A stretch of DNA of 64,000 nt. Source: Lytechinus pictus. Lineage: Eukaryota. Positions 27,337 through 41,922 of the stretch are shown piece after piece (position 1 is the first letter of the stretch; every line of letters begins with the position of its first letter). The stretch spans positions 34,474,001-34,538,000 of the forward strand of contig NC_087245.1 in assembly GCF_037042905.1 (NCBI RefSeq), read 5' to 3'. The position numbers were made by a program, and so were the translations under genes. The notes beneath the pieces were generated by a model that was not told where the DNA came from, ran no database searches, and worked only from the letters and a program-made list of their open reading frames with translations.

Positions 27337-27821
27337 GGTGGTTTCAAACCGCCTCGATCACAAGAATCCCCGTTAAATTACGAGAACTTTTTTAGGCTGA
27401 AAAATACCCATTAATTATTCCTGCATTCACACCGCCCTGAAACATACCCTTCGGGATAAGTTCCTGAAGTAGTTCCTGAAGTTACGAGCATGCGCAGTAT
27501 GGTCTGATAAGCAAGCAAGGCGCGAGATTCAAAATCACTAGCCCAGCAGCCACCCACGGCGCCGCACCCAACGACACGCTGGGCTAAAAGTTCCCGTAAC
27601 TTGCTTTCAGACCGCCAAAATACCCACGACCTTGGAAAAATCCCCGCGAAAGTTCTCGTAATTTCGCCAAGTACCTACTATTTATCGGGTATTTTCTTTC
27701 GGGGATATTACGCGTAGTTTGCTTTCAGACCGCCAAAATACCTGGTATTTTCTGATCGGGGTAAATTTCCCGATCAGAGAATACCTGGAACTGGCGAACT
27801 TCGAGGCGGTCTGAAACCACC
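27337..27821 (+). mobile_element. TA-flanked MITE, copy A
   Basis: TIRs GGTGGTTTCAAACCGCCTCGA / TCGAGGCGGTCTGAAACCACC with TA on both sides. Near-identical to 41007-41482. Confidence 0.9.
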
Positions 27822-28774
27822 TAGTGATCTTGTACGTGCATGAAATATCTGCATTCATAAGTAATTAGGCTGATAAGCCCTCATCTAAAACCAGAGGCCA
27901 CAACAAAGAGTGGGTATGTTGGGCAAAGCAATTTCCTTGATCACGGGCACAATGCAACTACGCATGAAAAGTATTGCGAACTCGGCAAACATAATTCCCT
28001 CTTAATTTGCACACAATGCTAACAGCCACACACAGGAACTCCCATAAAATGACGAGAGTATCATTGCCCTAAGCGCTCAACCAGCAATTAGTAAGATGTT
28101 TCTGTATAAGAGATGTTATGATGTAAATCATTGCTATGACTACTCCAAATTAAATCACATGTGGAGAAAAAGTTTGCGGCCGAGGGATAATTGAATCACC
28201 GGCAACCGGCTTTCCTTGGCACTGATTCAGAGCGCTGCTCTTTCCAGGAGCATGACACGGTGTTTACATTTGGAGTCCTTTTATAATTCCAATAAAAAGA
28301 AACCATTCCTTCTCTTTATCCTAATTCTTTTGTATAATATTTTCTTTTCATGCCATGTTCATCTGGCGTAAAAATAGAGTGAGCAATAATAGAAGTCAGT
28401 CTAAGAATAGCTTTCTGATATGCAGTTGGCATGGTCGTGTATATCCTCCAAAACATCAACATGCATATCATAAAATTGAAAGGCTGACAAAAATAGATAT
28501 CTTTTCATACCATTTCTAAAGGTCTTTTGGATCATATTTCTAAATTCTATTCATGTCTTATTTATCTGGCATACAAAATGTAATGGGGGGGGGGGGGGGT
28601 TAAAGTGTTTTTTTTTTTTAGTGTTCCTTGGTGACAATCCTTAACACCATGAATCTGATTCCTCATGCTACCTAGGAACGACAGTAGAATGAGGATAGCA
28701 GTGTAAAAAGAACCGAGATGCACAGAGATGGAGATGGTGCACATATTACCATCTCCGAGGTCAAAGGTCATTAC

Positions 28775-28875
28775 CTGAGGTGAATAGTCCTGATGTGTCT
28801 CTCAATGCCTTGGACAGTAGAGAGTGTTTTTCCGCATCCCTGCCAGGTACATTTGTAGGACGTCTTCACAGATGG
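28775..28875 (-). CDS. ZNF704: ZNF704-like coding exon 5 (C2H2 zinc finger)
   Basis: Acceptor poly-T ctgcag|, donor AG|GTAATG. Translates to [33 protein letters not shown] (C-x4-C-x12-H-x4-H). Not in the ORF track; read directly from the sequence. Confidence 0.95.
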
Positions 28876-31800
28876 CTGCAGAAAAAAAAAAAATTAATGT
28901 TACATAAAATTATTGTTCACTATTTCATTGCAGAAATGTATAGGACTGCTACTTAAAAAAATAACAAATCAATATCATATGCATTATGCCAATGATCCAG
29001 GTATCATCTTAAAACCTTCTTAATTTTTTCAAACAAAACAGAATCTACAACAAATATCTCTTTCTGTGTCTAACTCAAAAATGCATGCGCTTCAATGGCA
29101 TCATGCCAATCACATAAACATTCATCCCATGACAACATTTCTACTTATCTCATATCTATTATATATTATATGAAACGGGACAGGTATGTGAGAGAGTGGT
29201 ATAAGATCTTGTAATTAATACACCATACATGCACTGGCCACTTGCCAATAACGTTTGGGTACCAGTCTTTTTCACATTCCACTCAAGAAATATTGCTTTA
29301 ATTCATGTGATCTATAGGTCTCTAGTCTCGCAAAAACAGTTTCATAACAAATCTATCATTGTGATCGAAAAACAATCAATTTGTATTGGAAACCAAGACT
29401 GAATGAAGTCCAGCTTTGAAAATATTGGCTACAAGTCCCCTTTTTCATGAAGAAATAAAGTCAAATTTGGAGCTAATAAACATTCTCAATTCAATATGTT
29501 TTTTATGTTTCGATGGTGTCAAGTGCTGGTTCAAAGTTTGAAGGGAAAAAATATAAAGATTATTTTTCAGTATTCACTATGTGAAAAAAAAGAACCCCTC
29601 CTCCTCCCATTTTCTCTTCTTCCTAACATACCCCTTCGCTTTCTGGATTCTATCAAATTTCCCCTATCATCACCCAAATATGGACAAGCAATTTGCCACA
29701 TCTTCTCATAAAAACAACATAGTTCTTGGGGAGAGAGATCATCTTTCCATTTTCCCCACTTGCTGAGGTTTTCTTCCTATTTTTGGCAACCACGTTCTAC
29801 TTATGTGTCAAGACCCCCATGTCATCCCACTGCGTGCCTTAATGTATCTCCTTACCGGGCTATTCCAACGATCCTTCTCACCCCTTTTGGAAACACAATT
29901 TTGGTGTTCTGCACAGCTCAGGAACTGGAGCCTGTTTCACAAAGACTTACAATTATTGTAACCTCGCCATTCTGTAAAAATCTAACGAAAACCTTGATTG
30001 TGATTGGCTGCTGAGCCAAATTTCCATGGAAGTTGGCATAATGGCACAGAGTTTAAATAGTTGTAATTCTCCAAGAAACAGGCCCCAGAACATGACTGTA
30101 ATGAATTAGCATTGCTAACTAAAAAAAGACTGGTAATCATTTGCTGGTATCCATACAATTTTATCACCAAGCCTGCCAGAAAAACCAACAATTTCCAAAA
30201 AACATCTAATTATAGATTTTATCACTTTGTTTGTAATCAGAGCAATAAGGATTTGTCACATAAAGAGGTGCAATTAAATGCACCTCTAAGAATCAATTGC
30301 AACTGCATTTTCAACCAATCAAAAGCCTGCATTCGGGATTTGCACTTGATTTTTCAAAGGTTTGTTTTTAAAACTCAACCCTTTCTTTAACAGGCCTTTG
30401 ATACAGATCTGTCTGTACAAAAGGAAACAAAAATCCATCCAAGGATTATTATTTTTTTTTTTACTTCAACCAAGCATTTACTTATCTCACCATGAAAGTA
30501 TTACTTTATTGATCTTGTGCATCATTTGACTTTTCAAAATTGGGTTACTAAAGCACAAATAGTTGCGATTGATCCAATTAATCACAACTATGGAAAGCCA
30601 GGAATGTCAACATCTGAAATGCATGTTTGTTCAAAAATATTTTCTAACTATGATGTATTCATAAATCCATGGTTTTCTTGAAAATTCAGTGTGCTTCTTT
30701 TTGTTTACAAAGGGCATTTTTAAAATTTCTTGTAGAAAATATTATGACAATACTGGATTTCCATAGAATTGCGATTGATCGGATCAATCGTAACTCTTTA
30801 AGACGGGGCCCTGATGATAGGCCTACCTAACATACTGCACTGAATTGCATACTTCAACTATGAATACTATACAACGTATGAGATCTTTTATATTGACAAT
30901 TAAAAAAACACATCTGTACAAATAAACAGAGACATAAAGAATTAGAGATCAAATTACACTTGACTGTGATACACAGAGCCCTACTAATTCGTTATTCAGA
31001 GAACAATAATTGTTTCATAGGAAAGAAGGTCAGTTGATGAACTCTTATTTAATAATAGAACATAGATCAATAAAGAGAAAGAGAGAGAGAGAGATAAATA
31101 ACGAGGGAAGAATACTGTTTTTTCGAATTGAAAGTGAAGGTGAAACATTTCTTTTCTAATGACACAATTTTACACACCATCTGTTTAAACAAAACATAGT
31201 GATTGATTTCTACACAACTGCGACATGCTGAGCACTAATACATGATTACCAAGCTACCAAGCACAGTACATTGTTTCAGAGAGAAGTAGGTCGGTCTGCT
31301 GAACTTTCGATCGCCAATAGGACATGGATCGAAAGAGTGCAAGAGGATGAGAGCGAGAGAAATATGGGAGGAAATAAACAGTTATTCAAATCGAAGGTGA
31401 AAAAATATGCAGTTGTTTGAATAAAAAATGAAGTCCATCCCGAGTTCCTGACATTATATCAGTTGTAATAAAAGCAGACAAAATGAGGAACATTACACCA
31501 TATGGATTTTACAAAAGTGCAGGTAAAATAACCAAAAAACTGTATTGTTAGATTTTACAAGTTACAACCTCTCTCAACACTGTTTAAGGATATTTGATTA
31601 AAAAATAAAGTAAATGGAATGAAAAGAGAAAATCAATCTGCTTAAATTTACATTGAAGAAAACAGCTCAATCTGCAGGTATGTAATCAAGCATTTTGACT
31701 GTGAAGAATGGAAAATGACACATTTATATTTCCATATGTGATATTAGAATATTATAACAGTCATTATTCTAAGTCATCTTCATATTTCATTGACTTTGAA

Positions 31801-33886
31801 TCAAGCATTTAGGGAAGTGAAAATATTATTACCCTATCACATAGCAGATACCATGATCCATTGTGATAAAGAAATACATATGAATGAAAAATGAAACTTG
31901 AAATACAGAGATATCTCTGCATTTGACTGGCTGCTTAGTTGATGTTGCCAAAGAAATTAAGCTTTATATGCTGAAGATTTTTGTCGAATGAAAATCAGAC
32001 CCTGGATACGCAATAGAGGGGGACCTAATTATGATGTGGAAGTCTGTTTATATTCAGCGCCATGTTTGAAAATAATCGCACCCTGGTTTTATCAGTCGCT
32101 AAACTCTTCTCTATGCATTTTAATTCGCTCCATCAGCAGACCAGAACGCACCTGGAGTTATGAGCTTAAATCATTGTGATCAATTTATCGTCATTCTTCT
32201 CTTCTCATTTTCTCTGATCCTTATAAACTTCAGGTTTTCATTATTTCACATAATAAATTAACTACATGTAGTAGGGCCTACTGGTTTGTGAATTCGGCAT
32301 CCTGTACAAATTTTGGTTTCGAGAGTTTTAGTAGATATATTTATATTCTGTCCAATATAATTTCACTGATCGTGATATGGATTAAGCTCAAAATGAAAAG
32401 TGTTTATTTTTTTCTCAAGTACACAAAGCAACCCCTTACATTTGATTCAAAGGAAACTACTCAATTTCATTGATCACAATACATTTATGTACTTTAATGA
32501 TGCCTTCTTCTCTATTACATATTTGGATCAGTAAAAATTCATTAGTTAGTACTCATGGGCATAGTGTTGAAATCTCACATGGTTAATTGCATATTAGAAA
32601 TAGGTTTAACAAAATACTTGTCTCATAATTGTGTGACAGTTTAGGATATCAGACCACAGACATGACCAAATTGGTGATTCCAAGTACCCTTCCCCATTAT
32701 AGCTTTTGTACCCCTCCCCTGAAACGAAATAAACACCTTGTTAGTCTACCACTCTGTAAAAAAAACAGTTTAAATTAAATCTAAAACCACAGAATCATGT
32801 AATTTCAATTTCTGTATGATATAAATGCAATTCAATGTGCATTAAGGGACTATTTTGGCTATATCAGTTAATGGGAGAGACTCGCAAAAATGATATATAT
32901 GTAGTATAAGATAGAGAGTAATGCCCCCTCCCCCCCATCATTGTCACCTCTATCATCTCAACAATCAAAACATAATGACCCAGGCCATCATCACTTCTTC
33001 ATTGTCCCAAGAAGAAAAGAAAAGAAAAAAAGTCTATATTTGGGCTCATCAAATTCAAGAAGAATGAAAACCTGGATCTGTTTTTCCAATCTCTTTCTTT
33101 GATCTCCTCTCAAATATGACAAAGCCCAGATGGTCCTAATACCATAAATGTAGGCAGGGAATTCATACAGGACTGTTCTTTTAGACTGGTAGTGTACACA
33201 GTAACACACACACAACCAACACACACTCAATAGAGGGAGAAGATCAACTGAACAAGTGCCTGGGAAGTAGTAGTTGCAGATATCAGACATACGTATATTC
33301 CGCTCTTGACAGAAATACTAAATCAACAGACTTATCAAGATGTATTTGATAAGGATAATAAAGGTTTTCCTTCATTTTCTTGAACACTTTATTTTCATTT
33401 TTGAAAAAAAAAGTCAAATTGGAGATACAACGCTATTCAATTTGTTGATCTATATGCGTCTGATGAAATAGACTAATACACCTGCCTCTTGTGGGCAATG
33501 CAGGGGTGTGGCAGCTAAACCTATGTTTCCTGAATGTTGATTGGCTGTGCTGTTTAAAGGTCATTCTATTGGGTCAGTGTAATCAATCATAGTCTACTAT
33601 TTCAGACTACAGTGGTGTAAATGTTGTGCCATCCCCCCCTTGCTAAAAACCCTGGTATCTGCCTTTCTGGGTTATATCTCTTCTTCAGTAACCATTGAAG
33701 CTATAGTACTCTCTCATAATCGAATCAGAAATTAAATTTTGAAAAAAAAAGACACCAAATTTGTGGGAGCATGCTTCGACTGCTTTTCTATTTAAAAATG
33801 CACATTCTGTTTCAAAATCAAATTTTCATAAACCCATGATTAATTTTTCGTCCCCTGGAATTTCATCTAAACATGTAGGCCTGTTA

Positions 33887-34665
33887 GGGTGCGTTTATCC
33901 GCCACTTTTTCACCCTAGAATCATGATCTGAATCATGATTCTGCAGAATCACGATTGCGTTTAGTCGAAATTGAATATAATCATGATTAGAATCACAAAC
34001 ATGAAACACGAAAAAAGGGGCGTTTGGAAAGACGTTTCTGTAGAATCACGTACGAAAATGTTCGAATAAACGATATCGTGATTTGAATCATGATTATATG
34101 ACCTCACTGTGTCGGGCTACTTTCGGTTTGACTCTTGCCAAGCTCAAGGCTCTCTATATGCTCATTGTATATACATGATTACTCTGCATGCATTTCTTGT
34201 CATGTTCAAGTTCTGTGTTGGTCATCGCATCGTCCACTACTTTTCATTTTTTGGTCATGTCTTCAACTTCAAGTTCTAGTAAATGAATTAACTGGACAGA
34301 CAATGATCTCAGTTGTTGTTGAGTATAGAGTGTCAATATTGAATTGGATCTACGCTGAAATTCACTTCCGAACACTATTTTGGATAAACTAACAAGATGA
34401 ATAGAAGCATATGGACCCTATATGATAGAATTAAACAAAATTAGGTATAGACTGAATTCTGGAAGCAAAAGATTTTTCGAGAGCCGAAACACGTGCGAAA
34501 AACTTCCTCTGTCAAACTGCGCACTAGTGATGCGCACTGGATTGGCCCGAATCTGAGGAGAAACAGCATTGGAATGAAGGTCGTCTAAACGCTGATTCTG
34601 TGATATCGTGATTCATGTTTGTGTTTTGAATCATGATTCTGGATTGAGGTCGCATAAACGCAGCC
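33887..34665. mobile_element. PIF/Harbinger-type MITE
   Basis: TIRs gggtgcgtttatccg / cgcataaacgcagcc. 3-bp TSD TTA on both sides. Repeated subterminal palindrome GAATCATGATTC. Confidence 0.8.
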
Positions 34666-34775
34666 TTATACTGTTAGATGGGGGGAAGGCTTGAAATTCA
34701 TCAGTTTAGGAGGGGGGGGGGGACATACAATGTAAACAAACTTTTGACAAGGCCAATAATATACAAATAATGAAT

Positions 34776-35190
34776 GTTTATGAGTGCAATGGACAAAATA
34801 CTTCAGGAGGTGAAAGATGAAAAGATCCATTCAACGAGGCATAGCCGAGTTGAATGGATCATTCATTTCATCTTTCATCGAATGAAGTATTCTGTCCATT
34901 GCACGAATGAAGGAACGTTCATTATTTGGTTTATATGACACTTAAAACTAGATTATTTTTCATAGGAAATTTATCAATTTTGATGCAATGTATGATCATG
35001 CAGTGCAAGCTCAGTCTGTTGATTGTCTCGTACAATGCGCGCGTGCAATGGACAAATTTGTAAGGATAAAAAATTGCACGATGAATGGATCCTAAATTGC
35101 ACGGACGATGACGTCATTGTAAAATGGTCTGAATGATCGATATCAAACAACTAATCAAATGCCAAGGATCTATCTAGGTGTCATATAAAC
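34776..35190. mobile_element. Non-autonomous element with internal hairpin (possibly Crypton-like)
   Basis: Inverted gtttatatgacac (34930) / gtgtcatataaac (35178-35190). Hairpin gatccattcaac-gaggcatagccga-gttgaatggatc at ~34825-34860. Confidence 0.45.
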
Positions 35191-36106
35191 CAGAATGGTA
35201 GTTTTTTGCTCTAAAATAGTAAAAATCTTAACAGCCATACCAGTCCAGTAATGCACTAGAACTTATTCAATTTCATAGTTACATGCATGTCTCCCCCATT
35301 CCTGCTTTAAATCCCAACTCCCTGCTTACATTTCGGAACTAATATTTGCTGAAAGCAAAATAAAATTTCGAACCAGTCACCAGTAATATGGGATTACGTG
35401 AAATATAGTCTCCTAATCAACTGGGATTTTACAAACTTGAGAAGGGCAAGGGCAAACGGGTACATTGCAGCCAACTTTAAAACCGGTTCTTTGGCTGAAA
35501 GCATGGATGCAAAGTTTGTTGAACCTGTGAAGAATAAAACCTGGCACCCCTAAAGATGAAAAATGGAGCATTCCATTTTTTTTAATGTTCCCATACTGAG
35601 TGAATGGGACAAGTTCTGGAAAATTTATGACGAGGTGCAATGATTATCCTGGGGTGTCATTGAGATAAAATACTTTACAGGGAATCAAGAAATTGATGCA
35701 AACATGCATATGATAAATCTGGGAAAATTCAGATAATAATTTTATGAGAAAAGTAAACTTACAGTATCATCAGCTCACATATTGACAATTTGACATGAAT
35801 TCTTGCTTCATTTAAACTAAGGGAAAATGCTCAAAATGTATAGTCTCTATTACAATTTACATTGGAGGACCCTAAAGGAATTTCTGGGGCTCTTTTATAC
35901 AATTTTCAGGGATTTTGGGAACATTTTGGGGGCAAATTTGCCGCGAGCTGCCATTTTCCCCAATAAGTTAATGCACGAATAGTGATCTTTTTGGTGTTAA
36001 ATCAAATTCTCAATCATTCAGTTTACCAATCAGCTACGGTTGAAATCTGATCTCTCTAGATTCAATTTTTTGTTCACAGCGAGCATTTGAATGCAAACTT
36101 TGTTAA

Positions 36107-36899
36107 AGGTAAATGCTAGTTTTGGTAACGATACCAAAATGAGTTCGTACAGAATCCAATGAAATGACCACCAAAGTGTCTGTTTGCATAAATAAAACGC
36201 ATGTGCCAAAGGATTCTGGAAGAAATTGTGTAATTGCTGAGAAATCAGCAAATAAGCACAGGATTCGGGTAGAGCGTCGGGCCCGACGCTCAAAGCAATA
36301 ATTATACACAGTCCCACGTGCGCTTATCTGTGTTGGGGAAGTTCAGTCTGAACATTTTTCAGCGTAGATTTCAAGATTTCACAAAGTTCAGTTTATGTAA
36401 CTGTACCAGATCTAGATCCTCGATGATATACTGACAATTAAAGATAAATTCCAGTTTTGGTAACGATCTTAAAATGACTTTTTACAGAATCTAATATTAT
36501 GACCACCCAAGTGTCTGTTTGTATGAATAAAAAATATGTGCCAAAGGATTCTGGAAGAAATTGTGTAATTGCTGAGAAATAAGCAAAATAAGCGCGGATT
36601 CGGTCACTTCCGTCGGGTCTTTATTTTAGCAATAATAATACACTGTCCCACGTGTGCCTATCTGTGTTGGTGATCTTCAGTGTGAACATTTTTCAGCGTA
36701 GATTTCAAGATTTCACAAAGTTCAGTTTATGTAACTGTACCAGATCTAGATCCTCGATGATATACTGACAATTAAGCCTTGTTTTAGAGACTTTCTCTTG
36801 AAATCAGTGTTTACTGCAAATACTGGAATTTCTCTTTAAGCCTGGTTTTACAGACTTTCTCATGAAATCAGTGTTTACTGCAACTACTGGAATTTCTCT
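36107..36899. mobile_element. Kolobok-like TTAA-flanked element with internal tandem duplication
   Basis: TTAA at both ends. A ~330-bp interior is present twice (~36113-36440 and ~36445-36775), and the right ~65 bp is duplicated. A related inverted copy lies at 63294-63681. Confidence 0.7.
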
Positions 36900-37063
36900 T
36901 TAATCATCAAAATTTGATTGGGTCATATAGATATATAGTTCATTAATGTTAAAACTTGGGGTGTCTGATTTAGCACACAAAATGGTCGCCAGTTATGGAT
37001 CAAGCCATGCATTACCAAAACGGCCCCTTGATGTCATAGAATAACGCTTCGATCCCAACTTAC

Positions 37064-37236
37064 CTTGAATTTTTTGGTTGGACTGTCACTGTGTAAATTG
37101 TCTTCCATTGAGAAGGGCAATCCCCCGCCACTGATGTCGATTCCTTCGTCAACCGACGAGCTGAATAGAGCTGAGGATGATGGGATAGAACCCTGGGCGG
37201 TATTGAAAGGAGGGCACGGCATGCTTTCCATATCAC
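37064..37236 (-). CDS. ZNF704: ZNF704-like coding exon 4
   Basis: Acceptor ctatcag|, donor AAG|GTAAGT. Encodes SDMESMP...SSSVDEGID...PTKKFK. Phase 1->0. Confidence 0.85.
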
Positions 37237-37727
37237 CTGATAGATTACATCAAAACGTTTAATCAATCATCTTTTAATAATATTCAGCTTTTGACTGTTA
37301 TTTCACTTCATTTCATACCCTTGAAAAGTATTTTTTGTCATATATGGCGGAAATCTATTAATATTTAATCTTATACCCTGTAAGCACTGAGTCAAGCCAT
37401 AGACATTCATGGATCATTCAAAATTACATTTAAGAATTGTTTTACAAATCATGGATAAATTAAGTTATAAATACAAATTCATATTTGAACTAAAATTATA
37501 TGAATCTAAAAAAAATTAATCATTTTTTTATTCCTGATGCCTTTTTTTGCCCTTCTGAATTATCACAAGAAAACACAGATAAATGCAATAAACATAATCA
37601 AGAATAAATATGGTTTCAAACAAAAATCAAGACAATGTGTAAGAAATAATAGATATGAGGGACAAATAAAGTGGTAGCTCAAAGATGGGGGATCAATATT
37701 GAATATAAAAAAATAATGACTACTTAC

Positions 37728-37874
37728 TATTATTTGAGGATGAAGGGCTTGGCGTACTTCTCGATAGGTCCCACGTGAAGTGAGCATTGATTGACGGCGA
37801 TGGACTCGGTGATATACCAGAGCTGAAGGAACTAGCCGGTGACATTGGACCTCCTCCACTCAATACACTGTCAC
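37728..37874 (-). CDS. ZNF704: ZNF704-like coding exon 3 (Ser/Pro-rich)
   Basis: Acceptor ttctttctgaaattag|, donor A|GTAAGT. 147 nt, phase 1->1. Encodes GDSVLSGGGPMSP...WDLSRSTPSPSS. Confidence 0.85.
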
Positions 37875-38399
37875 CTAATTTCAGAAAGAAACGAAGATTG
37901 GAAAAAAAGAAATTAGATATCATTTTATATGCATATATTCTTAATTGTATAAAACTATATGCATCTGTAAAGCTAATAAAGTTTAAATATTATTCACTGA
38001 TGATAGAATAATCCAATCGCATTGCTTGATCAACACTTGATTCAACCCCCCCCCCTAAAAAAATTAAATTAAACAAACAAGAAAAAATATAAGTACCTAT
38101 TCTAAATTATGTAATACCTGCATCTGGAATGCTAATAAATTGAGAAATTCAGCATAATTCTATGCTTTAAAAAATAACCAAATAAAATTGATAAATCGAT
38201 CCTGGTGAAACTAGTTTTTTAAAACTCTAGTATACTAAAAAGAAATTCAGATGTTAACTACTTCCAACCTTAGATTTAAATTGAATAAAAAAATTGGCAA
38301 ACGTCATTTTAACGGCAGGAAGAAAATAATCAAGTGAAATATGATAATAAATCATTGTTAATGAAACTGAAGAGATTAAGTATTTATGAGTGACAAGGA

Positions 38400-38585
38400 A
38401 ATGTCATTATAACCGTCATCAAAAACACTTCAATTATCATTCGATATGTAATTAAGGCAAAGAAGCTCTCTCAATACCATTCCTGAAATACACATGTCAT
38501 TACAACCATCATTTAAAACACTTCAGTTATTATTCAATGTGTAAGGTAAAGAAGAAGCTCTCTCAATACCATTCCTGAATACACA
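38400..38585. repeat. ~95-bp tandem duplication
   Basis: atgtcatta...agaagctctctcaataccattcctgaa occurs twice. Confidence 0.8.
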
Positions 38586-38766
38586 TTTAAAATGTATTTC
38601 CTCCACTCAACAAACGGCAATCATCAAGATATGAATCACTGAAAAGTAATTGATATTTGATCACTGCACCTCATACTCACATTATAGTGAAAGTGTGATT
38701 TTAATATCATTCAAAAAAAGAACTAGAAAAAAAACCCATATACATATATATATATATATATATACA

Positions 38767-38976
38767 CACAGTAAAAAAATTATACAACGCTGTTTAATAT
38801 ATGAACCTGACATTAATTGTTTAAACAGTTTAAACAATTGTTTAAATCTTAAACAACAAAGTTTAATATCTAATCTTCAATAAATTAAACATGATTGTTT
38901 AAACGGTTAAACAAATACTGTAAGGTTCATATAGTAAACAGCGTTGTATAAAATCTTAAACAGTGTTTTTACTGTG
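38767..38976. mobile_element. Palindromic MITE inserted in (TA)n
   Basis: CACAGTAAAAA / TTTTTACTGTG ends. Inner inverted ttatacaacgctgttt / aaacagcgttgtataa. Flanked by TA repeats. Confidence 0.8.
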
Positions 38977-41006
38977 TATATATATATATAAGTAGGTCTA
39001 TAACATATCACAGCAAATCTTGTTCTCTTGTGTTACTGCATGAACAAACTCTCTCTATTTATGAGGATACTGTGATATGGTTGTGATTTCAACAGTAGAA
39101 ACCATAAAATGAATATATACTCGCAACAGTACATTTTGCAAACAAAATATTCTACTTTACTTCTTCAAGAAAGGACATTCACAAGAACATTTTTCACAGT
39201 TTCATTTCATCTCTTGATGTGATACAAATTATAAACAGCAATATTTTTGTTGAATATTGTCTTCAAAATCTTAGCTGCAGAAATATCCTTAAAATGTGTT
39301 ATTTATTTGAAAAAAAAATACTGATATTCATCATAACGCCCTCTTACACCAGAGGGGTGTTTCATCAACATTTCTTGTCTGACAAGTAGTCAGATAAGAC
39401 AACTTTCATTGATTTTTCCTGGGTAAAAGCACCGATACTATGCTGTCAGATAAAACATGCAACAAGTCTTTTCATGCAACACTCCCCAGTATAAATTAGA
39501 TTCAGATTGAGAAATAGTTTTGAACAAAAATTAAATAATCATCATCATGAAATAGTGTGGACATAAAGCGGAGGTATAGGGGCGAGAAGGAAAAAGATTA
39601 AAAGAAGGCTAATATGAACTACCATTGATTGATTTCGCAGCATTGATTGATTCATAAGAACTTTCCTTTCAATAATCACTGTCCAAAAGAATGGTCACAA
39701 TGAAAGCAATTAAAGCAAATGAGGTTAAAAGGGACTGAGTGGAATATTGATCGCTTCAGGGAACAATCAGATAATACGCCTGAAACCTATAGTGAGAACT
39801 GGATCAATACATAGTTTGAAATCAATTTCTCGGGATGCTTTTGTTCGTGACCTCATCGGGCTCGTCCGGTTATTCTTGCATGGGCAATAAATAGATGTGT
39901 GTGGTTTTCATATAGTCTGTCAAGGCTGAGTATACCACTTCCATGACTTTGTTCCAACAGAAATATTGAATGACAAGTTGGAAAGGAATTAATGATCCTC
40001 TCTAGAAAGATGAAATTACATAACTCTTTGTTAACATTATAATGTTAATAAAATCATGACTCATCTTTCAACCAGGGATTTCATCTTCTAACTTTTCTGT
40101 TCAATATTCTAACAATGTTCTTTTTTTATTTTCTTATTTGGGTCTGGAGACTGGACATGTTTTGGGTTCCTCCACAACAATAGGCACAAATAAAGCAAAT
40201 ATGATGTGTGTTTTCTTCATGCTGTGGCAAGTTTTTGTTTATTTGCTTTCAAGTTCTGAGAAAGTTGAATGGTGAAGAGGTGTATTCACCCGTAGCCCCA
40301 TTACGTCAGCACGGAGACACCATCAATAGAGGGACAAAAGAAAAGGGATAGCTTGATCTGGAAGCGCCACAATATTGTCACCTGATCCGGTCAGAACAGG
40401 AAAACTGACAAAACAATAACTGCAAAAGGTCTGATCATGTGATTGTCATCGATAGCATTTGAAAGGCCTAAATATACTTTATTCTTAGGCATTTTGGCAT
40501 GCTTTGGATATGTTTCTAAGGATTGGAGTCTTTTTCCGGAACCCAGAGACAGGTGTGAACGGTCAGCAATAGACTGCTTGATAAAACATTAAGTATCAGA
40601 TATATTGTCTCCCCCCCACCCCCTCCCCCCCCCCCCCCCGTCATAATAAATGTGAATCCAATGAAGGACCCATAGGCCTATCTATGTACATATATCTTTC
40701 ACTCTTTCTCGTTTATTTTTCTTTCTCTTCCCCTAACTATACCTCCGTGATCATCTCCCATTTTCAGAAACCTTATCTGCATTTCAGCACCTCTCTCTAA
40801 CCTGTCACATACACATATGCCCTAAATTTCCCTTGACTGGATGCAGTGGTAAAGAAATAAAAATAATCACTTTGACAAGTTTATTCTGATTTATCGCTCT
40901 TCAAAAATAATCTGAGGTGACTAGAATCTCATCATTCCACCAGCGTGATCCTTCATGGCCAAATAGCTGTAACTTTCAATTTCAGTTATTGAACAGATAT
41001 ACATTA

Positions 41007-41482
41007 GGCGGTTTCAAACCGCCTCGATCACAAGAATCCCCGTTAAATTACGAGAACTTTTTTAGGCTGAAAAATACCCATTAATTATTCCTGCATTCAC
41101 ACCGCCCTGAAACATACCCTTCGGGATAAGTTCCTGGAGTTACGAGCATGCGCAGTATGGTCTGATAAGCAGCAAGGCGCGAAATTCAAAATCACTAGCC
41201 CAGCAGCAACCCATGCACGGCGCCGCACCCAACGACACGCTGGGCTAAAAGTTCCAGTAATTTGCTTTCAGACCGCCAAAATACCCACGACCTTGGAAAA
41301 ATCCCCGCGAAAGTTCTCGTAATTTCGACAAGTACCTACTATTTATCGGTTATTTTCTTTCAGGGATATTACGCGTAGTTTGCTTTCACACCGCCAAAAT
41401 ACCTGGTATTTTCTGATCGGGGTAAATTTCCCGATCAGAGAATACCTGGAACTGGCGAACTTCGAGGCGTTCTGAAACCACC
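41007..41482 (+). mobile_element. TA-flanked MITE, copy B
   Basis: Same TIRs and interior as 27337-27821, but lacks the ~12-bp AGTTCCTGAAGT duplication seen in copy A. Confidence 0.9.
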
Positions 41483-41792
41483 TAAAGAGTCAGGCCTATA
41501 TTCATGGCACACCGCTATCATTACAAGCTGAAATATCTCCAAACACTGTAAAGCTCATGGATATGATGTGGGAAATACTGTCTAGGTAAATAATGGATTT
41601 CAACATTTGATATCCCTTGCCTTTCACAAAATTGCTACCTTCATTTTTCATTTGACAAATTATTTGTTTGATCACCTTTGTGGGTAATATGGTATTGAGG
41701 CAAATGAGGGATAATAAAGATGTCATAAAATGATTGTCATTAAATACTTCTAGCCTTAACGCTAGTCGTATGCTCTTAACTTTAAAAAAAAA

Positions 41793-41922
41793 ATTATCCT
41801 GAAAGGGTCTGCTTCGGGTCGGTGTAAATGTGAAGTAAAAATCATCATCCGGTATTTTCAGGCCTGAACAATTTCTCGTAATTTGATTGGTATTCTCGTG
41901 ATGAAGGCGTTCTGAATACACC
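41793..41922 (-). mobile_element. Old diverged fragment of the same MITE family, inverted
   Basis: Matches the reverse complement of the first ~130 bp of copies A/B (…ttctcgtaatttgattggtattctcgtgatgaaggcgttctgaatacacc). Confidence 0.7.
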
